Shown piece after piece: positions 28,478 through 37,021 of a DNA stretch of 64,000 nucleotides. The notes under the pieces were generated by a model, which worked only from the letters and a program-made list of their open reading frames with translations, ran no database searches and was not told where the DNA came from. The first letter of the stretch is position 1. The number at the start of each line of letters is the position of its first letter. The translations under genes were made by a program, and so were the position numbers. The stretch covers positions 287,420 through 351,419 of the forward strand of contig JAVHQC010000022.1 in NCBI GenBank assembly GCA_036170915.1. Reading direction: 5' to 3'. The stretch is from Cyanobacteria bacterium auto_48_18. Lineage in GTDB: Bacteria > Cyanobacteriota > Vampirovibrionia > Obscuribacterales > Obscuribacteraceae.

Positions 28478-29893
28478 ATGTCTGAAGTAATCTCCTTGGA
28501 CGGCGTAGTTGTAGCCGCAGATGCGGTTCGCGAATCAGCGAAATTTATCAGAGAAAATTTCACAGGGCATTTCGTTAGCTGGGATGCTTTCCGGTTTTGT
28601 CTGGAGTTGTATCGCCGCGCTTTGTTTACGCCGTTCCCAATTATTAGTCCATCGCTTGAGTTTGGCATCGAAGATGGCTTTGCCTCTTATTTTCGGCACC
28701 GAGACGAGCAGTCTATCGACTTCGGTGCGGAGTTGCCCTCCGGAGCCAGCCTAGAAAGTTTTGGCATTAGCCCTTCAATTCATTTTGATCATTTTAAAAA
28801 TTTGATTGGCATGGATTTATGTGCCATGCCTTTTGCTGACAATACCTTTGCCTCGATTTCTATTTCACATGCATTGTCCAGCGGACAAAATCTGGAAAGA
28901 CTTTTTAGCGAAATTTTGAGAGTGTTGGCGCCGGGCGGTGGCTGTACCTATGCCTGTGACATTGATCAATGGCTCAAGTTTAAAGAACTAAACCGTTGGC
29001 TTCACGAAGTAAATCCGAAGGTCTCCCTTTATAGCAAAGAGTATCATTTAGAACTTTTGCAAAGAATTGGCGCTGTAAAAATTCAATACCGAACCTTCTT
29101 TCCCGCAGCACTTGAATCTGTACTAGTAGGCGTCATGAATACAATGCCCGCCAGTTTCAGAACTACACTGGCGACAGAGATCGGCCACGGTGGTGAAGTA
29201 GATCAACTTGCGAGCATGATGGATGATGTTTTTTGCACTCTCATTGAGCAAGAATTGTCGCGACCTGTAGGTCCGGAAGATGCGTTTCATATCTTCGTCA
29301 CTTTCAAAAAGGCCGGTTCTCTTCCTCTTGATCTGCCAGTTCCACTGCCCGTCTGCGCTATTTGCCACAGTCAGGTATCCCTGGCAGATATTTCGTCGAA
29401 GGTGTGCGTAGCTTGCGGTGAGCATTATTCTGTTCATGCTGGAGTGCCGTTAATGGTTCGCTCGGACCATCCCCTCTACTCCAATTCTAATTTACGTGAA
29501 CAGGCTGCTGGCCTGGCAAAAGCAGCCGACAGCGCGCTTACTACCGTTCTACCTCAGCTAGCCACTGGGCCGTTTTACGTTATTTATGATGGCGTAAGTC
29601 CTGTTGCCGGCCTCAAGGCACCAAATATTCTCACTTCATTCCTGCAGTTTCATGAAATCGCGATCTCCGGAATAATTGCTTTGAATGTCGCATCGGATTT
29701 GAATTTTAAAGGTTTTCCAATTGTGCAGCTCGAAGATCTGCCGAGTGACGTCAAACTCGTTCTCTTCACCGCTGACCGTCACCAGCCGGCGCGCTGGCTG
29801 GCAAAATTGCGCGAACACGGCGTTAAAGGGAATTTTTACGCCATTCACTGGGACGAGGGAGTAATTCCGTCCTTGAAAATTTTGGCTGTGTAG
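28478..29893 (+). CDS. methyltransferase-like protein with internal zinc-ribbon (Trm112-like) segment
   Basis: MPFADNTF, EILRVLAPGG; CAIC...CVAC..YSVHAGVP; SAM motif I is degenerate (IDFGAE). Confidence 0.6.
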   Translation: MSEVISLDGVVVAADAVRESAKFIRENFTGHFVSWDAFRFCLELYRRALFTPFPIISPSLEFGIEDGFASYFRHRDEQSIDFGAELPSGASLESFGISPSIHFDHFKNLIGMDLCAMPFADNTFASISISHALSSGQNLERLFSEILRVLAPGGGCTYACDIDQWLKFKELNRWLHEVNPKVSLYSKEYHLELLQRIGAVKIQYRTFFPAALESVLVGVMNTMPASFRTTLATEIGHGGEVDQLASMMDDVFCTLIEQELSRPVGPEDAFHIFVTFKKAGSLPLDLPVPLPVCAICHSQVSLADISSKVCVACGEHYSVHAGVPLMVRSDHPLYSNSNLREQAAGLAKAADSALTTVLPQLATGPFYVIYDGVSPVAGLKAPNILTSFLQFHEIAISGIIALNVASDLNFKGFPIVQLEDLPSDVKLVLFTADRHQPARWLAKLREHGVKGNFYAIHWDEGVIPSLKILAV

Positions 29894-29936
29894 TTAAACT
29901 CCAGAGTCAGCTTAAACACCAAAACTGATACAGGGA

Positions 29937-31154
29937 TCAGCAATGCGCAAATTTATTTTTCAATTTGTTCATGGGTGCTTCCAAAATTGTCCAGGAAAGT
30001 AGCGCAACAAGATACGTAAAAATGAGGCTCAGAACAAAGCGGATGACCCAGCTAGACCAGCCCTCGCCTAATTGTTCCGTCCATTTAAAAACCTGGTACA
30101 GGCAAAAATTGTGCCACAAATACATGGTGTAAGTCTTTTTGCCAAATCCGGTCAGTATCTTGTTGCTGAACAATTTTTGACAGGGAGGCCAGTAGCAAGT
30201 GCAAGCTACTAAAGCGGCAAATGCGGCAGCACACCAGGTTATCGATGGTGTCATCCACAAACTGTTCATCCCAATATCGGGCAGTGAATATATGGTAGCG
30301 GCCAAAATTGTGAGTGCGATGGCAAAAATTAGTGCCCCGAATTTTGCGCAGAGCTTTTGCAAGCCGGCCGAATTGTGATTGTAATTGGCCAGCAGCGCGC
30401 CTATCATCAAGGGATCCATATGGGCGAAAGTGTTCAGATACCAGATTGTGTGACCAAAATATCGTATTTGCAGAAATAATCTTAGGGCGACACTACAGCC
30501 AATTAAAGCGTAAAGTAGGCCTAGTCGAGTCCTGACAGTTTTGCTGATGATTAGACAGACAGGCCAAAAAATGTAGAACTGTTCTTCGATGCAAAGCGAC
30601 CACGTTGGTCCCAGCATTCGTAGAACCATGTTCACGTCAACGCCCGTTAATTTCCAGTGAGCAATTATGGCGTCTATGCCAAAGATGTCAGGCATACCAA
30701 GACTGCGGCAAAAGGGCGAAATTATCTCAGTCATATTGCTGACGAACAAAAAATAGGGCCAAAATAATGTGCCTGCTTGCTTGAGGAAGGTGCCGAAATG
30801 ATGGCCCAGTGTCGAATGCAGGAGGGGGACAAAAAAACAGGCCAGAATAATTACAGTGAAATAGGGTGGCCAGATTCGCAAGACTCGTCTGGCGTAAAAA
30901 AGAGGCAAACTAATACTGCCGTACTCGCCCATCTCTTTTAGTAGCAAACTGGTAATTAGAAATCCGCTGATGACAAAGAAAAGATCAACCCCGAGCCAAC
31001 CCCAGGCGCAAAATTGATTCAAAAGGTCGGTGATGCCACTGAAACCGGCCACTCCCGGCATTTTGCCGCTATGGTGAAAAAATACAAGTAAAAAGGCTAC
31101 GGTTCTCAGTCCATCAATGCCGGGCCAGTAGGTTGTTTTCACGGCGGATGACAT
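29937..31154 (-). CDS. acyltransferase family 3 O-acyltransferase
   Basis: YWPGIDGLR, GVDLFFVISGFLIT, FYARRVLRIWP, WSLCIEEQFY. Start set at ATG 31154 because the longer ORF overlaps rplI. Confidence 0.88.
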   Translation of the reverse strand: MSSAVKTTYWPGIDGLRTVAFLLVFFHHSGKMPGVAGFSGITDLLNQFCAWGWLGVDLFFVISGFLITSLLLKEMGEYGSISLPLFYARRVLRIWPPYFTVIILACFFVPLLHSTLGHHFGTFLKQAGTLFWPYFLFVSNMTEIISPFCRSLGMPDIFGIDAIIAHWKLTGVDVNMVLRMLGPTWSLCIEEQFYIFWPVCLIISKTVRTRLGLLYALIGCSVALRLFLQIRYFGHTIWYLNTFAHMDPLMIGALLANYNHNSAGLQKLCAKFGALIFAIALTILAATIYSLPDIGMNSLWMTPSITWCAAAFAALVACTCYWPPCQKLFSNKILTGFGKKTYTMYLWHNFCLYQVFKWTEQLGEGWSSWVIRFVLSLIFTYLVALLSWTILEAPMNKLKNKFAHC

Positions 31155-31362
31155 ATCCCGTTTCCATCTCAAAGCCAACCAGAATACAGTTACAGGCTGG
31201 CGAAGCCAGTTTAGATAAAGTTTAGAACCTGTATATACGGCGGGCTCAGCTTTATGAAACTTGATTTGTGCGGCAGTTTGTTTGGCTTTGGCCATCCGTC
31301 GTGATACTCTTTCATATTCGGATATATGTTGTAGGCAACGCAATAAAGCGTTTGGAGATGTC

Positions 31363-31908
31363 ATGAAGGTAATTTTGCACCACTCTGTTGAAAAGCTCGG
31401 CCAAGCTGGAGACATTGTTGAAGCCGCTCCCGGTTATTTCCGTAATTTTCTTGAACCACGCAATTTAGCAGTGGCTGCCACAAAAGGAACGCTGAAGAAG
31501 CGTGAAGAAGATCTGGCTGGTGTGAAGAAGAAAGCCCAACAAATGCATGCTGCAGCTGTTGAAAAGGCCGAAAAAATTACTGCTCTGGTTGCTATTCACC
31601 ACGTGGCTAAAGTTGGCGAAAGCGGCAAGCTGTTCGGCAAAATCACTAACAAAGAAATTGCTGAATTGATTGAGAAACAAGTTGGTTTTGCCGTCGATAA
31701 GCGTTTGGTCAAAACTGAAAACGAAATTCACGCTCTTGGTGTTTACAAAGTCACCGTTAAGTTGGCCAATGAAGTTTCTACCGATCTTCAGTTGGAAGTG
31801 CTTCGTGAAGGTGCTACACCAACCACTGGTAAGAACGTACAACCTAAAGCCGAAGCATCTGCTGTTGAAGCCGACGCCGAAGCTGAAACTGAAGCTGCAG
31901 CCGTTTAG
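31363..31908 (+). CDS. rplI: 50S ribosomal protein L9
   Basis: MKVIL..VEKLG..GDIVE..PGYFRNFL.P, GKLFG.IT; GGAG SD before ATG 31363; Ala/Glu-rich tail. Confidence 0.95.
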   Translation: MKVILHHSVEKLGQAGDIVEAAPGYFRNFLEPRNLAVAATKGTLKKREEDLAGVKKKAQQMHAAAVEKAEKITALVAIHHVAKVGESGKLFGKITNKEIAELIEKQVGFAVDKRLVKTENEIHALGVYKVTVKLANEVSTDLQLEVLREGATPTTGKNVQPKAEASAVEADAEAETEAAAV

Positions 31909-31937
31909 GCCCGCAAGTTTCAAACTCTATCTTATAG

Positions 31938-31976
31938 AAAATGCCATTGCACTCAGGTGAAATGGCATTTTTGTTT
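31938..31976 (+). terminator. intrinsic terminator after rplI (possibly bidirectional)
   Basis: AAAATGCCATT-gcactcaggtga-AATGGCATTTT followed by a T-rich tract; lies between convergent genes. Confidence 0.75.
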
Positions 31977-32037
31977 GTTGACACCATCGGTGGTGTCGCT
32001 GTTTTTGTTTTTAGTCGGAAATTGAGCGATCGTTGGC

Positions 32038-32655
32038 TTATGTGTTAAGCACGCAATAGCAATATAAGAACTGCTGCGTTGTGCCGAATGGTGTGTTGTG
32101 TAGCTCTGTTGCACTTTCAACAAGTTTGAATTTTGTACCGAACTCGTTGTGCAGTGTGTCTGCATCATAGCGCATGGTTGTTAGCCCGCTGCATTTTTCC
32201 GGCCCTTGAGGACCGAATGTAGCGACAATAACGTGCCCTCCTGGTTTTACAGCTTTTGCGACTTGGTGCACATATTTAATACGCTCTTCATTTGACGTTA
32301 AAAAGTGAAATACAGCTCGGTCATGCCATACATCATAATGCTGAAAAGGTAGCTCGACTTGAGTTATATCGGCCGCAATCCAAGTTACTAGAGCCGCGTT
32401 ATCTCCAAGACGACGTTTAGAGACATCAATGGCAGTTTCTGAAATATCCAAGATGCTGACGTTTATGCAACCATCTTTAAGCAAGTCGTCAATTAGTGTA
32501 GATTCGCCGCCGCCTACGTCGATTATTGAAGCGAACCGATCAGTATTTGTCTTACGAATTAGTTCAAGCGACTTCTCTAAATGCGGTCGATACCAGCTCA
32601 CTGCATCAGGTGCTTTTGTTTTATAGACGTTATCCCAATGCGTTTTTGGGTCCAT
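32038..32655 (-). CDS. class I SAM-dependent methyltransferase
   Basis: HWDNVY..K....VSWY, IIDVGGG, DVWHDRAVFHFL, GPEKCSGL; ATG at 32655. Confidence 0.85.
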   Translation of the reverse strand: MDPKTHWDNVYKTKAPDAVSWYRPHLEKSLELIRKTNTDRFASIIDVGGGESTLIDDLLKDGCINVSILDISETAIDVSKRRLGDNAALVTWIAADITQVELPFQHYDVWHDRAVFHFLTSNEERIKYVHQVAKAVKPGGHVIVATFGPQGPEKCSGLTTMRYDADTLHNEFGTKFKLVESATELHNTPFGTTQQFLYCYCVLNT

Positions 32656-32671
32656 TAATCGATGCCAGCCC

Positions 32672-32929
32672 TTAAACTGCCGCTGCAATCTCATCCCGGC
32701 GGCGCTTAACTTCCGCCAATCCCGCAGGTGTCAGGGTAGCGCTGCCGTCGCTAGACTTTTCTATCCAGCCATTAGCCAGAAGCAATTCTTCTGAGCTGTT
32801 CAGCAATTTTTTCTCGTCATGAGACAGGCGATCAGAGATGGCTGGATGCACTTTGGGCAGCTGACCATTGCGGTCGTAAGCAGTATCCATCAAGCCAAAG
32901 GCAAAGCCTTCTAAAGTAACGCCTCTCAT
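32672..32929 (-). CDS. small hypothetical protein, possible winged-helix
   Basis: GGAG SD upstream; LLANGWIE....ATLTPAG resembles a wHTH wing. Confidence 0.5.
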   Translation of the reverse strand: MRGVTLEGFAFGLMDTAYDRNGQLPKVHPAISDRLSHDEKKLLNSSEELLLANGWIEKSSDGSATLTPAGLAEVKRRRDEIAAAV

Positions 32930-33007
32930 ATCGTGTCTCCCATGTCTGTTATCTAAAGGCTGTCTAAGCCAGGGTTTATGCCGGGGGGGGTATGGCGAAA
33001 GCAGATG

Positions 33008-33036
33008 TTGACAAGCTTTCGATATAAATATATATC
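33008..33036 (+). promoter_or_regulatory. sigma70-like promoter with overlapping palindromic operator
   Basis: TTGACA (33008-33013), 17-bp spacer, TATATC; palindrome GATATA-aata-TATATC at 33021-33036. Confidence 0.4.
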
Positions 33037-33149
33037 CTGAGCCCTCAAATAGATATTTTTTCGTTTTAATGCAAATTGCATCTGACCAGCGGCGAACACA
33101 AGCTCGGCACCGAATGTAGTATCAGCTTAATGAGCCGTCTCGCCAATTA

Positions 33150-33404
33150 CTACCGCAATATCCACTCGCCTTGCCGTTTTATTGCGCTATACATAGCGTC
33201 GGGTGCTAGATCTAAATCTCCTGGCCAAGCAACCGCACCGGCGTCAATATAAACCTGCTCAAAGAGGTCCTGATCTTTAAGGGCCTGAAATACGCCGGTG
33301 AAATAAGTTGGCTCAAATCGCACTGTTCCTGTGGTATCGTCCGCAAATCGCACGTACAAAGAGAGAGGCGCATCTACTTTTACTTCTACTACATCCCAGT
33401 TCAT
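33150..33404 (-). CDS. DUF2442-domain protein (antitoxin-like)
   Basis: VVEVK..PLSLYVRFAD, F.ALKD...F.QV, VAWPGDLDLAPDAMY; GAGG SD. Confidence 0.8.
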   Translation of the reverse strand: MNWDVVEVKVDAPLSLYVRFADDTTGTVRFEPTYFTGVFQALKDQDLFEQVYIDAGAVAWPGDLDLAPDAMYSAIKRQGEWILR

Positions 33405-33434
33405 AACTTAACCTCTTAACTTGGCCAACAACCT

Positions 33435-33941
33435 TCAATCTTCAGAATCAGCTCTTTCGCCTTGAAATGGCTCCGTAGTCAGCGTTCCGTCGGCTTGTTT
33501 CTTCAAAATCTCAATTTTGGCTTCGGCGCCTTTGATGAACTGTTCGCATTCAACAGAAAGTTTGATGCCCTGCTCAAAAAGCTGTAACGCTTTTTCTAGC
33601 TTTACTTCGCCATCTAACTCTCGCACTACACTTTCAAGCTCGGCCAGAGATGCTTCAAAATCGATTTTTAGTTCAGGTTCGGTGATGTTCATGATTTTTG
33701 TTCTCCGGGAATCGTTTTCTGGCACTCTGGAAATAACAGCGGTAATTTCTTCTTTGATTTCAATCATCACCGCCTGGGCCGGCGCGGTTGCGGTTGTTTT
33801 TTCTGACACAGCAGTTTTCTCGGGCTTACTTTTGCTTCTAGTTTTTTTGATCGATTCAGTGGCTTCGGCCACGTCGATGAGCTTGCCTTCAAAAAATGAA
33901 AGTTGCTGAGTTTCGCTTACTTCGTCATCTTCGCCGCTCAT
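33435..33941 (-). CDS. xseB: exodeoxyribonuclease VII small subunit with N-terminal extension
   Basis: DFEASLAELESVV..L....LEKALQLFEQGIKL...C...AEAKIE; 4-nt overlap with xseA. Confidence 0.88.
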   Translation of the reverse strand: MSGEDDEVSETQQLSFFEGKLIDVAEATESIKKTRSKSKPEKTAVSEKTTATAPAQAVMIEIKEEITAVISRVPENDSRRTKIMNITEPELKIDFEASLAELESVVRELDGEVKLEKALQLFEQGIKLSVECEQFIKGAEAKIEILKKQADGTLTTEPFQGERADSED

Positions 33942-35158
33942 TTTTCAATAGACTCCACTGTGAGTGTGATTTTTCCCGAGCGTAACAATGCTTGGACTCT
34001 GTCACCGACTGTGAGATTTTCTGCGCGGGTGACAATTTTTCCGTCCAGTGTACGCAGCACCGAAAAGCCTCTGGCCATCACATTGTCAGGCCCTAGTGCA
34101 TAGAGCTTTTCTTTTAGTTCTTTGACTTTATAATTGTTGGCGGCGAGCAATCTTTCTATGCAGTTAGTGATGTGTTGTCTTCGTCTAGACACATTTACTG
34201 ATGCCAGCTCGAGCCGATCTTGATAGCGATTTAAAGCATTGATGGGCGAATAACGCACCAGGTCGCGACGTGCGTGATGCATGCGCTCTTCAACGGTCTG
34301 AATCAAGCGGCGGTTGAGAAAGCCAAATTTATCCAACAATTCGGCACTACCGCGTGCCACCAGTTCGGCTGCGGCGGTTGGTGTAGGTGCGCGCAGGTCA
34401 GCTACGAGATCGCAGATGGTCGTGTCAGTTTCGTGGCCCACTCCTGAGATAATAGGAATTGTGCATTCGGCCACCGCACGTGCCACCACTTCGGTATTGA
34501 ATGACCAGAGGTCTTCTATTGATCCACCGCCACGGGCCACAATAATCACTTCAATATCACTGATGGTTTGCAGGTGACGAATTGCTTGTGCCACTTCTTC
34601 AGCAGAGCCCTCGCCTTGCACTTTTGCCGGCGCAATTACTACCGAGACATTGCGGTTGCGGCGTGACAGGGCGCTGAGAATGTCTCTTAGAGCGGCTCCG
34701 GCTGAACTTGTGACTACACCGACTCGCCGGGGCACCATGGGTATAACTTTTTTGCGGGCTGGGTCGAGCAGACCTTCTGCTTCTAGCTTTGCCTTGAGCT
34801 GGTCAAAAGCTAATTGCCACTCGCCTACGCCAACAGGCTCAATGGCAGTAACAATCATCTGGTAGGCGCCGCGTGGCGGATAGACGCTCAATTTGCCGCG
34901 GGCTACTACCTGTAAGCCATCTTCGATTTTAAAGCGTAGATTGGCGTTCGAGGTTTTGAAACAAACACAAGGCAAAGTAGCTTCTTGATCTTTGAGTGAA
35001 AAATACCAGTGGCCGGAAGGATAAATTTTGGCGTTAGAAACTTCTCCTACAACCGAAACCGAGTCGAACTGCCCTTCGAGGGTGTCGCGAATGCGGTTGG
35101 TCAGTTGCGATACGGTCAGTACCGGGTTTAGCGGGTGTGTTTCTTTAAGGCTATACAT
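33938..35158 (-). CDS. xseA: exodeoxyribonuclease VII large subunit
   Basis: GEVSN, SGHWYFSLKD, ARGGGSIEDLWSFN, SGVGHETD, RAPTPTAAAE. Confidence 0.96.
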   Translation of the reverse strand: MYSLKETHPLNPVLTVSQLTNRIRDTLEGQFDSVSVVGEVSNAKIYPSGHWYFSLKDQEATLPCVCFKTSNANLRFKIEDGLQVVARGKLSVYPPRGAYQMIVTAIEPVGVGEWQLAFDQLKAKLEAEGLLDPARKKVIPMVPRRVGVVTSSAGAALRDILSALSRRNRNVSVVIAPAKVQGEGSAEEVAQAIRHLQTISDIEVIIVARGGGSIEDLWSFNTEVVARAVAECTIPIISGVGHETDTTICDLVADLRAPTPTAAAELVARGSAELLDKFGFLNRRLIQTVEERMHHARRDLVRYSPINALNRYQDRLELASVNVSRRRQHITNCIERLLAANNYKVKELKEKLYALGPDNVMARGFSVLRTLDGKIVTRAENLTVGDRVQALLRSGKITLTVESIEK

Positions 35159-35481
35159 AGAATGATTGCTTCAGAGTGGAGTGGCAGGGCTGGTCAAAAA
35201 TTTTCGGTGAGGGCGCTTAATTAGTACAACGGAATTTTGCTTCTCAAAGTTCAAAGTTTCGAGAAAATATTTGCCATTTTCACCAAATTTTATGAAGGTT
35301 CGCACGATTTATTGTCAAGGTCGATTGGTGCGAGTTTGCATCCATTGTATGGCTTTTTTATACGCAGTTTCCTGCCTCAATTTACGCTGGTGTATATTCG
35401 ATCGCGGTAGTGCGCGATCGGCTGAAAGCCTGATGTCAAGCCAGTTTCAGCCACCGCAAGTAGGGAACTATATAAGTACGG

Positions 35482-35509
35482 AGCTGTCTTAACAAGAAGC
35501 AGCTTTTTT
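35482..35509 (+). terminator. intrinsic terminator-like hairpin inside the xseA/35629 divergent spacer
   Basis: AGCTG-TCTT-aac-AAGA-ag-CAGCT followed by TTTTT. Confidence 0.5.
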
Positions 35510-35628
35510 AGAAAACAAAACAAACATCTGTTTAAACAGGCCTCGAATTTCATTTGACGGCCCTGGTTGTCATACAATACACTGGTATGACATACAAAAA
35601 TATGGTACTGCCAAGAGGGGGTCAAGTT

Positions 35629-36420
35629 ATGGATCGCACACTTTTCACGCCAGCGATGTTAGAGACATTTCGTGCTTGCAAGCGCGCATATCAACTAGCT
35701 TTCCAAAATGAGGGCGGAAGTGGGCGCGTCAGTCCCAGTGCCACTTGCAAACGCTTTGTTTTGCGCGGTCTGGCTGATGTTAATCGCGGTCGTTTGACCA
35801 ACCCCAGCCAGGTGCAAAAGTTTATGGGCCAGCACTGGCCACTCGAGCAACTGCACGATCAACCGGGCGGCAAAGACTCGGCTACCAGAGCTTTTCTTTA
35901 TGCTTACAAAACCCTGTTGCGCTATCTGGGCAGTCCTTATAGACCTGCTGGTGCAGAGGTCGTGGCAGTGGCTACCAAGGTACGGGCCCGGGTTCCTGGT
36001 CAGCGGCTTTATTTAGAAGATGTGTTCGACTTGATTCTCTGGTATCCCGAAGAAAAAAGACTCGAGCTGGTTATTTTCCATCTCAAGACCTTGCGCAAAA
36101 ACGACCCGTCGTGGCCTGCCCCTGCCACTCTTGTCAGGCAGCACCTGGCAGAGAGGCTCAAGGTGCGCTGGCCTTATGAAAAATTGACTTTGACCATGGT
36201 TAAGGTCGGGCCCACAGAATCCAAAGAGCTGTCCATCGAACTAGAAGAGAGCCTTTATCGCATTCACTGGCCTGAGATCGTCAAGAACTTAGAAGAAATG
36301 AAGGACCTTGCCCATATTGAAGGGCACGGCGAAGAACCATGTGTTTACTGCAAAGCTATCGAAAGCAAGATGGTTAGTGAACAAAATCATGAGACAGATC
36401 CAGTCACGCTCACTGCTTGA
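35629..36420 (+). CDS. PD-(D/E)XK (RecB/AddB C-terminal-like) fold protein, catalytic motif degenerate
   Basis: FTPAMLETFRACKRAY start, DVFDLI, C-terminal PCVYC; GAGGGGG SD before ATG 35629. Confidence 0.55.
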   Translation: MDRTLFTPAMLETFRACKRAYQLAFQNEGGSGRVSPSATCKRFVLRGLADVNRGRLTNPSQVQKFMGQHWPLEQLHDQPGGKDSATRAFLYAYKTLLRYLGSPYRPAGAEVVAVATKVRARVPGQRLYLEDVFDLILWYPEEKRLELVIFHLKTLRKNDPSWPAPATLVRQHLAERLKVRWPYEKLTLTMVKVGPTESKELSIELEESLYRIHWPEIVKNLEEMKDLAHIEGHGEEPCVYCKAIESKMVSEQNHETDPVTLTA

Positions 36421-36479
36421 AAACCGTTTTTAGATATAATCTCCTACTGTAAGTCGCTCGTAATGAGCGCCTGATTGCT

Positions 36480-36941
36480 ATGGAGAGAAAAATGGACAAG
36501 AAGAAAGTACTGGAAGCTCTGAACCTGGACCTGGAGCACGAGATGTCAGCGATGATTCGCTATCTGCATCACTCCTTTATCGTCACAGGACCATTGCGCG
36601 GTTCTCTGGCTACTTTGTTTCGCACTCAAGCCACTGATTCCATGCAGCACGCCATTAAGCTTGGCGAAAAGATTGTTGCCCTGAGTGGTCATCCATCCGT
36701 AAAAATTCAAGAAATTTATGAGCCAGGCGAGCAGACTATTGAAGAAATGCTGCAAGAGAACGTCAATGCTGAGAAATTCCACCTCGACTTGTATGAATCG
36801 CAATTGAATGAACTGTTGAAAGACAATACGCCTTTGCGTTTGATGTTTGAGCAGATGATTGTTGAAGAAGCACAGCATTTGGAAGAGTTGGAAATGTATT
36901 TGCGACACAATACACCAGCTAAAACCACAGCCAAAGTTTAG
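36480..36941 (+). CDS. bacterioferritin-like (ferritin-fold) protein
   Basis: LN..LEHE..A..RY, MQHA..L.EKI..L.G.P, EEAQH. Confidence 0.8.
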   Translation: MERKMDKKKVLEALNLDLEHEMSAMIRYLHHSFIVTGPLRGSLATLFRTQATDSMQHAIKLGEKIVALSGHPSVKIQEIYEPGEQTIEEMLQENVNAEKFHLDLYESQLNELLKDNTPLRLMFEQMIVEEAQHLEELEMYLRHNTPAKTTAKV

Positions 36942-37021
36942 GCTCAGTCAGTTTATCGATATGAAGTTGGGATGGGCGATTCAGCATTTGGATCGCTCAT
37001 TTCTGTTAACGAAGGAGCGCC

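Noticed and set aside
31155..31415. Apparent long antisense overlap between the acyltransferase and rplI ORFs
   Set aside because: Artefact of longest-ORF calling; homology begins at 31154 (-) and 31363 (+).
35420..35452. Hammerhead ribozyme or fluoride riboswitch (GAAA, CTGATG words)
   Set aside because: The core reads CTGATGT rather than CTGATGA, and the other consensus elements are missing or out of order.
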